A DNA stretch of 32,000 nucleotides from Candidatus Caldarchaeum sp. (GCA_038832005.1 JAWBJZ010000008.1:1-32000); one strand, 5' to 3'. Numbered from the stretch's first letter, positions 23,746 to 31,561 are shown. Notes: generated by a model not told the origin, from the letters alone. A program made the numbers and translations.

Positions 23746-24033
23746 CTATGGGTATTCTGCAGGTTTTGACAACGCACGCCGTGTAATGATGGTTAGGGCT
23801 ATGAAGATTGACAGGGCTGTCAGCAGCGACGCCGTGCCAATCGTGATGAAAAGCGTTGGCTCATTAGTCTCAGCCGTCTTTAACCGTATTTCAGGCGTTG
23901 CCGCTTGAACCAGTTCAGCGCCTTTCCGAGGTTCGGCAACGTATATTCCCCCGAATAGCATCAGCGCAGCCAGCACGCCCAGCAGAACAGGGGCCAACCG
24001 CCTCAACATCAAAACCTTCTCAAACCCCCTCAT
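23746..24033 (-). CDS. Small membrane protein (two TM segments)
   Basis: 95 aa. N-terminal hydrophobic LAPVLLGVLAALMLFGGIYV and C-terminal LFITIGTASLLTALSIFIALTII. It starts 24 nt after the upstream wHTH-TM gene. Confidence 0.5.
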   Translation of the reverse strand: MRGFEKVLMLRRLAPVLLGVLAALMLFGGIYVAEPRKGAELVQAATPEIRLKTAETNEPTLFITIGTASLLTALSIFIALTIITRRALSKPAEYP

Positions 24034-24057
24034 AAGTCCATTCGTTAGAACAGAGGG

Positions 24058-24537
24058 TTACCATGGTTTTTTCCGCCATGTGCGCACAGCTTCGTATAGG
24101 GTTGCCGCCGAGGAGGATGCTCCGAGCGCGATGACGTAGGGGTCTGGTGAGGTAAGGTGGGTGGCCAAGTAGAGTGTGGTGAAGGTTGTGAACAGGGCGG
24201 CGTAGAAAGCCATGCGGGGCAGCAGTTTTCCCCCAACCAGTATGAAGGACTGGAGAACAGATATGTCTACTTTCTCAGAAGCTGTGTAGGAGCCTTTATC
24301 GTCTTTCTGCAGCACGCCGAGCGAGTGAAGCTTCTCCAGATGGTGGTGGGCTACGCTGGGGCTTGAAAGCCCAAGACCCCTTTGAACATCCCTAACACCC
24401 ACAGGCCTTCCAGCCCTGATGACGTAGAGAAAAACGTCCAAGCTCCTGCCACGCAGCTCGGCTTCGACACGCCTCCTGTCCACACTCAAGCCTGTAAACA
24501 GCCGTGAACAGGGCTTAAAAACCTGAGCCCGTCTCAC
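24058..24537 (-). CDS. Membrane-anchored winged-helix (ArsR/MarR-like) protein
   Basis: 159 aa. The wHTH segment is LDVFLYVIRAGRPVGVRDVQRGLGLSSPSVAHHHLEKLHSLGVLQKD. Two C-terminal hydrophobic helices follow (LQSFILVGGKLLPRMAFYAALFTTFTTLYLA, YVIALGASSSAATLY). GTG start; start uncertain. Confidence 0.55.
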   Translation of the reverse strand: MRRAQVFKPCSRLFTGLSVDRRRVEAELRGRSLDVFLYVIRAGRPVGVRDVQRGLGLSSPSVAHHHLEKLHSLGVLQKDDKGSYTASEKVDISVLQSFILVGGKLLPRMAFYAALFTTFTTLYLATHLTSPDPYVIALGASSSAATLYEAVRTWRKKPW

Positions 24538-24835
24538 AAACGGAGGCGCATAAAAACTGCTTCTCCCTCGGCTATTCCCATTTAGACATCACCCTACTAC
24601 ATCTGCACCAAAGCACTCCCTTACTTTAATGATGTAGTATGGTTCAATGTCTTAAACCTATAGAACTATCTTCCGTTGCAAATCTTGTCGACGTTTTCAA
24701 CAAATATTACGCCACTCCTATCCTAAGTTGGCGGCTATCGAGATCCATGATCAATCTCTCAATCCTGCTTCGCCCTAAACGTTTCATGAATTATCCTATA
24801 CCTAAACTTTTCCAACACCTATCAAGCACCCGTCT

Positions 24836-25324
24836 TCAAGATATCCTTGGATCGCTTGTTACCAGAAATTCTCTGTTTGGATGCCCTTTTACTATATCTT
24901 TGATTGCTTTATTTTTAATCAGTTTGTTATCGAATGTGAGAAGACCACAGCATTCGGGGCTCGCTATTGAGAAGGCCACTATCACGCAGTCTATGAGTTC
25001 GAGCATCTTATCCCTATCCGCGAGATTCTGTAAGATATCTAAGAAATCGGTTAGGAATTCTCTCCTGAGATATGCGACCTCGAGTCCTCCAAACAAATTG
25101 ACGACCCCGATGTTCACCTCGTGCTTGACTAACTGTGCAACGGTCTCACAGATAACTATGAATGGTATCTTGATCTTCTGTGAAAGGCTCTTTATCACGC
25201 TATTTGCAGTAATTCGAGCGTAACGCTCGGTAGACATCTTCTTAGCTATTGAATCATATCTAAACGAGAGGTAGTTTATCAAGTAGTTTGTGTCAAGATA
25301 AAAATACTCCGGCCTGACACTCAT
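24836..25324 (-). CDS. PIN-domain nuclease (VapC-like toxin candidate)
   Basis: 162 aa. The four acidic PIN positions are in the expected order and spacing: FYLDTNYLI, FIVICETVAQL, LIDCVIVAFSIA, LLTFDNKL. Confidence 0.7.
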   Translation of the reverse strand: MSVRPEYFYLDTNYLINYLSFRYDSIAKKMSTERYARITANSVIKSLSQKIKIPFIVICETVAQLVKHEVNIGVVNLFGGLEVAYLRREFLTDFLDILQNLADRDKMLELIDCVIVAFSIASPECCGLLTFDNKLIKNKAIKDIVKGHPNREFLVTSDPRIS

Positions 25325-25337
25325 GTCCAGTAAGTGT

Positions 25338-25826
25338 TCAGACCGGCTGCTTCATAGAAAGAATCTTATAGACTTTCTCGAAGGACTCATAAGTTAGCCA
25401 GGGCTTCGACATCCTCAATATATCGTAGACCTCGTTCTCAGACATTCCTGGATATTTTTCCAAGACCATTAGTATGCTAGCAGCCGTTTCAAGCCATTTG
25501 GCATCCCTATCTTTAACAAGGCTGACGAAAGCGTCTGCATTGAATTCTGGGGGAAGACTCGCCTCCGGCAGAACTTTTTGCCGCGCAAGCTCATAGTAGT
25601 CATCTGCAAGCTCCTTGGAATATGGGCCATACATGTAGAGCGAGTAATCATACGCTAGGTCTAGACCAAGATACTTGGCTAGGAAGACATATTTCTGCAA
25701 GAGAAACCTCTTATCGAACTCCTTCTCAACGTTGAAGTCATAGCCTAACCTATCGTTTAGGAAACGAATGAAAGCAGCAAGAATACCCTTCCTCTCGGCT
25801 GAGAGATCTACAGAAGAGACCGTCAT
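25338..25826 (-). CDS. Panacea (DUF4065)/YwgA-like domain protein, candidate antitoxin
   Basis: The core FDKRFLLQKYVFLAKYLGLDLAYDYSLYMYGPYSKELADDYYEL matches the remembered DUF4065 pattern (LQK..Y......G......F....YGP.S..L). ATG 25826 is preferred (alternative GTG 25856). The stop lies 13 nt before the PIN gene's ATG. Confidence 0.45.
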   Translation of the reverse strand: MTVSSVDLSAERKGILAAFIRFLNDRLGYDFNVEKEFDKRFLLQKYVFLAKYLGLDLAYDYSLYMYGPYSKELADDYYELARQKVLPEASLPPEFNADAFVSLVKDRDAKWLETAASILMVLEKYPGMSENEVYDILRMSKPWLTYESFEKVYKILSMKQPV

Positions 25827-26185
25827 ACCCACTATCCCATAACACACACTAGCCACTGATTAATAAGTATTATACACTTTTACGCAAACTATGCATAGCT
25901 ATTATCATTTTTAGCCGAAAATGAATGAGGTATAGAGGGTCGTATGTCCTATTTCCACAAAGTTTCATGCGCCATATTTGATTGGGAGTCTCAACCGTCT
26001 TCTTCCACCTAGGGCTAAGACTGGTGTAGCTAGGAAAGACGATAGTTACGTTTTGAGCTGTGTGTTCAGCTAGCCGGAGACCCTACGCCTGTGGAAAGCA
26101 TAAAAGAGGTGATAAAAATGGCCCAAGTTAACAGAGCTGGCTAAACCGCTAAAATAATTGCTGGAGGGGCTTTGACTAGCGTTAT

Positions 26186-26422
26186 ATGGAGGCTTACAAC
26201 GCTTTTTCAGACGTGAAAACAGCTAGGTTATTCGGCTATTTCCTCATGTTCTTCGCCGCCGGCGGCGGGGTTTTCTACACAGCATGGTGGGCTGGGTTAA
26301 TCGGTTTCCTCAACCCCGAAGATGCTGTCAAGCTGGTCGCCCTGCTCGTGGCGCTCTTCATTTTCCTCGTAATCGGCTTCGTCGGGTACGTCATGGCGTT
26401 CACAAAGCCTCCTGCATCATAA
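26186..26422 (+). CDS. Small two-TM membrane protein
   Basis: 78 aa. LFGYFLMFFAAGGGVFYTAWWAGLIGF and LVALLVALFIFLVIGFVGYVMAF; codon usage looks like the rest of the window. Its 3' 148 nt overlap the tail of the convergent 889-aa ORF. Confidence 0.5.
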   Translation: MEAYNAFSDVKTARLFGYFLMFFAAGGGVFYTAWWAGLIGFLNPEDAVKLVALLVALFIFLVIGFVGYVMAFTKPPAS

Positions 26423-28923
26423 GCATCTTTAACACTGTCCAGAAGCTTTGTTATGAAGAGAAGTTCCGCAGCGATGTAAAACATCCCCAACATATGCATG
26501 TAGTGAACAAACGTTGAGAACGGCGGGTTTGGAAAATCGGTTGACGCAACTGCAGAACGCTGGCTCACATCTCTATAAAGCACAAACCCGGTCTGAGGCG
26601 GTATCGCAATCAAGCCATCAAACACGTTACCCGCCCTGTCACGATGCCTTTCAGCGAGAAAGTATGTGAAAGTTCTTCCGTTTGCAGTGTTCAGAAGAAC
26701 GATTCCGTTGCTGTAACGACGTATAAACAACGCGCCTCTTTCATCCCCTTCAACAACTTCAATACCTGTCAACGGGCTGCCGACAGGGATGTAGAAATCT
26801 TTCAGAATGTATGAAGGTGTTGTATATTCACCCTCACCCCCTCTGAGCGCGACGTATGTCTTTGGCTTGTTGACGAGATACAGGGAGGCTATGACGAAGT
26901 TGAACCGTCTCCGAACATCCTCAGGGACAAGCCTCGGGTCTTGATTCCATTGTTCAACATAACCAGCGGGCACGACATCTACCAGGATAACAAACCTATC
27001 CTCGGGATACGCGTTTAGGACTTGAAACTGTCTGTAGAGCAGCTGGGCGTCATGGGTTCTGTTGAATATCTGTGTAAAGTATTCGATGAAGACTCCGTCA
27101 TAGTCAAATCTCAGCAGAAGCTCGAACCTTTCGTCTCTATACGTCCCAATGTTCGCTATGATTTTACGTTCAGGACCCGTGTCTATAAGCTCTGATTTCA
27201 ACCGGCTGAGCATGTTTTCCAAAACGGTCTTTCTTACGGAGCGGTCTGGATACTTTGACGGCGGCATCCCATCCATGTTCCATAGATAAATGAAGTTCGG
27301 AAGATTGTCGTGGAAAAGGATGGGCGACAGTAGAGGATTGTTATAGCCTGCGTAGGCATGAAGCTTTTCAATACCTTTCAGAGCCGCGTCAACAACATCC
27401 TTGCGGCCAATGTCCAGCAGAAACTCACAGTACTTTTCTCTGACGATGTAGTATCCGGAGCCGTCTTCCCGTGGATATTTTGAAGACGATGCTGAGCTTA
27501 GAAACCATTCGCTGAAGACCTTCTTGTAGATTGTTCTGTAGGGTCTGAACTCGTAGACAGGTTTGCTGCCGTTCCAGCGAAGCATGCAGGGAGGTGTGTT
27601 TGAGCTGTTTCTAACGCTGACGACGAGAGACGGGTCGTTGAAGTAGTAGAGGCTGACAACCTGTGGGTTTATTCCTTTGACGTATGTGTTGTAGTAACCG
27701 CCTCCGAGCAGCAGGTCGTATTTCTGAGCCAGCTCCAGAGGCTCGGTCATCACGACTGTCCCATGTATTGCAGCAAGCTTGAAGTTGTTTCCAACCCTGC
27801 CAACCAGCGGGAGACGTTTCTCAGGCTCCGTGCGCAAAACAAAATCATCAAGCCAGAACGTTCCCATACAGGACCTCACGCATGTGAAAACTATTAGGAC
27901 CCTCGCAGCCGTTAGGTTTGCGGGAGCCTCAGCAGTGAACGAGATTTTCGTCCAGAATGGTGTCGAGTTCCCCGACCTCAGCACGTAAAGGGGTGAGAGA
28001 TAACGCTCGTTGCCCGTGTTGTCGCGGACAATGAAGTAGAGCATAACCTCATACTGGATGTTTGAAATCTTCTCTCCTGTTTTGACTTGGAAGCTGAAGA
28101 CAACCTTGTCGCCTGGAAGCGGGTAGAAGACCGAGTATCTTGGGTTTTTCGACCTGACAACGTAGGACGAGAGGATCAGCCTTGTTTCCGGGCCTGATTC
28201 GTTATCCCTTTTTATAGTGATTTTCTGGCTGCCGGCGCCTGAGACGTATTCTTGGAAGTCTATGGATGCTTCCACGCTGGCTCCTTTGGAGCCTGAAGGC
28301 CATGGTTGCCAGTTCCAGTAAGGGTTGAAGATGTCTGCAAAGCCCTCACGCATGTTCGCTGCGTTAGTAATGCCTGTTTCAACCTCTCCCAAGCCGCCGA
28401 AGTAGTTGCTGAGAGGGATTCCATATGGTGTCGCCGTTTCCACGACGGTGTTGGACGCGTTGCTTACAACGCTTCCACGAAAGGCTCTTACCCTGTAGAG
28501 ATAGGTTTTCTCCCTTTCAACGGACGCGTCTGCGAAGCTGATAGCGTTGGGGGCTGTCCTACCTATGGCTGAGAAGACCTTACCGTCCTCGCTCCTCTCT
28601 ATCACGAAGCCATCCTCGCCCACCGAGTTGTCCCGCCAGCTGAGCACAATCTGTCTAAAGTCGGCGGCCTGCACTCTCAAATCTGACGGCGGAACCAGCT
28701 GGCTAACAGTCTCTGTCGTCCTCCGCACCACAGTTGTTGTCACAGCTGATGTAAGGTATGTTTTGACAGTTGCCGTGGTTGTGCTTAGAGAAGTCGTTGT
28801 TACGGTTTCGGTTATGGTTGAGTAAAAGGTTTTGTTGTTCGATGTGTTGAGGGGGGTTAGCTGGCCGAGGATAAAGCCGGACAAAACGGCTGAAAAAAGC
28901 AGAAACGCCACCGCCGGCCTCAT
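26275..28923 (-). CDS. Large secreted / membrane-anchored protein: signal peptide, Thr-rich linker, FN3 domain, beta-rich region, glycoside-hydrolase-like region, C-terminal TM
   Basis: ATG 28923 (preceded by GGTGAGGTG) is preferred to the track's GTG at 28944. The signal/anchor is MRPAVAFLLFSAVLSGFILG, followed by the Thr-rich TTTSLSTTTATV...TTTVV. The FN3 pattern is PPSDLRVQAADFRQIVLSWRDNSVGEDGFVIERSEDGKVF...YLYRVRAF. The C-terminal ~450 aa only loosely recall uncharacterised TIM-barrel GH-like families (YDGVFIEYF). There is a hydrophobic MLGMFYIAAELLFITKLL near the end. Confidence 0.6.
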   Translation of the reverse strand: MRPAVAFLLFSAVLSGFILGQLTPLNTSNNKTFYSTITETVTTTSLSTTTATVKTYLTSAVTTTVVRRTTETVSQLVPPSDLRVQAADFRQIVLSWRDNSVGEDGFVIERSEDGKVFSAIGRTAPNAISFADASVEREKTYLYRVRAFRGSVVSNASNTVVETATPYGIPLSNYFGGLGEVETGITNAANMREGFADIFNPYWNWQPWPSGSKGASVEASIDFQEYVSGAGSQKITIKRDNESGPETRLILSSYVVRSKNPRYSVFYPLPGDKVVFSFQVKTGEKISNIQYEVMLYFIVRDNTGNERYLSPLYVLRSGNSTPFWTKISFTAEAPANLTAARVLIVFTCVRSCMGTFWLDDFVLRTEPEKRLPLVGRVGNNFKLAAIHGTVVMTEPLELAQKYDLLLGGGYYNTYVKGINPQVVSLYYFNDPSLVVSVRNSSNTPPCMLRWNGSKPVYEFRPYRTIYKKVFSEWFLSSASSSKYPREDGSGYYIVREKYCEFLLDIGRKDVVDAALKGIEKLHAYAGYNNPLLSPILFHDNLPNFIYLWNMDGMPPSKYPDRSVRKTVLENMLSRLKSELIDTGPERKIIANIGTYRDERFELLLRFDYDGVFIEYFTQIFNRTHDAQLLYRQFQVLNAYPEDRFVILVDVVPAGYVEQWNQDPRLVPEDVRRRFNFVIASLYLVNKPKTYVALRGGEGEYTTPSYILKDFYIPVGSPLTGIEVVEGDERGALFIRRYSNGIVLLNTANGRTFTYFLAERHRDRAGNVFDGLIAIPPQTGFVLYRDVSQRSAVASTDFPNPPFSTFVHYMHMLGMFYIAAELLFITKLLDSVKDAYDAGGFVNAMTYPTKPITRKMKSATSRATSLTASSGLRKPINPAHHAV

Positions 28924-29050
28924 CTCAGCCACCTCACCGAACACGCTGGATTTAAGAGATATGGCGTACGTATAGTTAGAACATGTGTTGGTTTTTCTCT
29001 AGAAGCATGCTTGGATGAAGACGTCAGGGTTAATATTTACAGGTTTTTTG

Positions 29051-29773
29051 ATGGGGCGTGGGTTGAAGGCTGTTTTCTTCGACTTCGACAACACATTGGT
29101 TGACTCGGCGAGCGTTCTTCCACACGCCCAGAGGAGGGTTGCTGGGGAGATAGCTAGGTTTCTCAACGGTTCCGTGGATGTGGACATGGTTTTCAGCACT
29201 GTAAAGCATGTTGAGAGGGTTTTGGAGATGCAGGGCCTCTACGACAGGGATAGGATTTGGATGCATGTTTTGTGGGAGCTGGGGTTTGACGGAAGGGTTG
29301 ACGATGGGTTGTTGCGCAGCTGGTCGCTGGCCTACTGGGAGGAGTTCATGAAGGGCGAGGTTTTCCCCGAAACCGTCGAAGTCCTCGAAAGACTCAGCAA
29401 ACACTACAGCCTCGGAGTTGTAACAAACACCGACGGGCTTTACGGCATGAAACGTATGAGGATGGAGAAGAAGGGCCTCAACCGCTTCTTCAAAGTGGTC
29501 GTCGTGGCTGGTGAGGATATTCCCGAAGCCAAGCCCAGCCCAAGGCCTTTCCTGCTGGCCGCCGAGATGATTGATGTCAAGCCATCTGAATGTGTGATGG
29601 TTGGAGACGACCCCGTCAACGATGTAGCGGGGGCGAAAGCCGCAGGCATGACAGCCGTTCTACTAGACCGTTCAGGAGGAAAAACATGCCCCGTCAAACC
29701 AGACCACGTCATCAAATCTCTCAACCAGCTGCTAGACCTTCTTCCCATATGGGAAGGCGGCCAAAGTTTTTAA
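29051..29773 (+). CDS. HAD-superfamily hydrolase (phosphatase)
   Basis: Motif I AVFFDFDNTLVDS (DxDxT), motif II GVVTNT, a Lys in EAKPSP, and motif IV VMVGDDPVNDVAGAKAAGM. ATG 29051 puts motif I near the N-terminus (alternative ATG 29015). Confidence 0.85.
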   Translation: MGRGLKAVFFDFDNTLVDSASVLPHAQRRVAGEIARFLNGSVDVDMVFSTVKHVERVLEMQGLYDRDRIWMHVLWELGFDGRVDDGLLRSWSLAYWEEFMKGEVFPETVEVLERLSKHYSLGVVTNTDGLYGMKRMRMEKKGLNRFFKVVVVAGEDIPEAKPSPRPFLLAAEMIDVKPSECVMVGDDPVNDVAGAKAAGMTAVLLDRSGGKTCPVKPDHVIKSLNQLLDLLPIWEGGQSF

Positions 29774-29815
29774 CCAGCCTCTGGCGTCTTTAAGCTTAGG
29801 TGGTCTGAGCTAGGC

Positions 29816-31486
29816 AAGTGGGTTGTCTGCGGTGCATGGCCCTACATCAACACCGTACCCCATCTAGGGACGTTGATAGGGTCGGAGCTATCGGCTGACG
29901 TTTTCGCGCGATATTTGAGGGCTGTCGGCGAGGAGGTTGTTTTCGTGAGCGGCTCGGATGAGCATGGCACGCCTATAGAGGTTGAGGCTGCGAGGAGAGG
30001 TGTTGACCCTCGTGAGATAACCGACCGAAACCACGCGATAGTCGTCGACCTGTTCAAAAAATTCAACCTCTCCTTCGACAACTACACCCGCACCCACAAC
30101 GAGGTCCACATAAAGTTCTGCCAAGAACTTTTCATGAAGATCTACAACAACGGCTACATCTACGAGCAGGAGGTTAGCCAGCTCTACTGCAGGAACTGTG
30201 GAAGGTTTCTGCCGGACAGGTTTGTCACAGGCGTCTGCCCTTCATGCGGCTATCCAAGAGCAAGGGGAGACCAGTGTGAGGCATGTGGAAGGGTTCTCGA
30301 CCCTCTCGACCTTGTGGAACCGCGTTGCAGCATCTGCGGCGAGAAGCCTGTCGTCGAGTCGAGCCCTCACTGGTTCTTTGACCTGCCGCGTTTCTCCGAA
30401 AGGCTGAGGAACTGGCTGCTGTCCAACAAAACCCTGCCTGACAAGGTGCGTAACTTCAGCCTTAGCTGGGTTAGGGAGGGGCTTAAGCCGAGGTCTGTCA
30501 CCCGCGACAACCTCTGGGGCATTCCAGCACCCTTCCCCAACGCAGGCGGCAAGACCATCTACGTCTGGTTTGAGGCGGTTCTAGGCTACGTGACAGCCAC
30601 AATCGAGTGGGCGGAGAAAATCGGCCAGCCAAGCCTTTGGAAGGAATTTTGGCTGGACTCGGAAACAAAGTCAGCCTACTTCATCGGCAAAGACAACATA
30701 CCCTTCCACACAGTCATATTTCCAGCGTTGTTGATGGCTTCGGGCGAGCCCTACATCCTACCCTACACGGTTTCAGCCACCGAGTATCTCACGTTTGAGG
30801 GGCGGAAGTTTTCCAAGAGCCAGGGCGTCGGCATCTGGCTTGACCAAGCAATCGCCATGCTTCCAGCTGATGTCTGGCGGTATTATCTCGTGAAGATAAG
30901 GCCCGAGACCAGCGATTCTAATTTTAGCTACGATGGTTTGCAGGCGGTTGTCAACGCAGACCTCAACGATAGCTTAGGCAATTTTGTCCACCGTGTTCTC
31001 ACATTTATCGTCAACCACTTCGATGGAAAAATTCCACAACCAGCTTTGTTGATGGCTGAGGACACAGCCATGCTCGACGCAGTTGAGAAAACGTTCACAG
31101 AAGTCAACAATCTTTTATCGAAGGTTCATGAAAGGCAAGCCCTTGAGACCGTGATGCAGCTAGCCCGTGACGGCAACGTCTACCTCAACAGACGTGAGCC
31201 ATGGAAACTCGTTAAAACCAACAAACAGGAAGCAGCCACTGTTCTATACGTTGCTGCACAGACAGTGAAAGCCCTCGCCCTATTACTGCATCCATTCATA
31301 CCAGACACCTCTAAGCGGTTGCTGGAAATACTCAGCCAAAGCGATGTGAAAATATCTTGGACGGATAGAAAACTATGGACGCTGGCTGCGGGAACGTTGA
31401 TAAAAAAGCCTACACCCATCTTCGAAAAACTATCCGACGAAAAACTCGAAACAATTAAAACAAGCCAAGCATCCAGCCCATCCTAG
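29816..31486 (+). CDS. metG: Methionyl-tRNA synthetase (catalytic core, no C-terminal tRNA-binding appendix)
   Basis: AWPYINTVPHLGTLIGS (HIGH-type motif) and VFVSGSDEHGTPIE. It has four CxxC knuckles (CRNCG, CPSCG, CEACG, CSICG) and the KMSKS-type GRKFSKSQG. The 5' end is unresolved. The conserved N-terminus begins at about 29816-29822. The first in-frame canonical start is the TTG at 29873 used by the ORF track (see finding). Confidence 0.9.
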   Translation, partial: KWVVCGAWPYINTVPHLGTLIGSELSADVFARYLRAVGEEVVFVSGSDEHGTPIEVEAARRGVDPREITDRNHAIVVDLFKKFNLSFDNYTRTHNEVHIKFCQELFMKIYNNGYIYEQEVSQLYCRNCGRFLPDRFVTGVCPSCGYPRARGDQCEACGRVLDPLDLVEPRCSICGEKPVVESSPHWFFDLPRFSERLRNWLLSNKTLPDKVRNFSLSWVREGLKPRSVTRDNLWGIPAPFPNAGGKTIYVWFEAVLGYVTATIEWAEKIGQPSLWKEFWLDSETKSAYFIGKDNIPFHTVIFPALLMASGEPYILPYTVSATEYLTFEGRKFSKSQGVGIWLDQAIAMLPADVWRYYLVKIRPETSDSNFSYDGLQAVVNADLNDSLGNFVHRVLTFIVNHFDGKIPQPALLMAEDTAMLDAVEKTFTEVNNLLSKVHERQALETVMQLARDGNVYLNRREPWKLVKTNKQEAATVLYVAAQTVKALALLLHPFIPDTSKRLLEILSQSDVKISWTDRKLWTLAAGTLIKKPTPIFEKLSDEKLETIKTSQASSPS

Positions 31487-31561
31487 CCTTCGAGAAACTC
31501 ATCGGTCAAAGCTTTGTTCACACTAAATCCTTTAAAGATACTGCTGAAGTTTGTTACATTG

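Noticed and set aside
24710-24787. 25-codon minus-strand ORF (MKRLGRSRIERLIMDLDSRQLRIGVA) in the spacer downstream of the PIN gene, considered as a remnant antitoxin
   Set aside because: It is too short and lies on the wrong side of the toxin gene. It has no SD and no convincing RHH/AbrB pattern.
24639-25223. 194-aa plus-strand ORF
   Set aside because: It is antisense to the PIN gene in an AT-rich region. It is Ser/Leu/Ile-rich low-complexity sequence with no motifs.
25990-26100. Possible structured ncRNA in the 330-bp spacer (imperfect pairing CCACCTAGGG ... CCCTACGCCTGTGG, repeated AGCTAG)
   Set aside because: The stems are short and interrupted and match no known RNA family. Covariation evidence is needed, and I cannot obtain it here.
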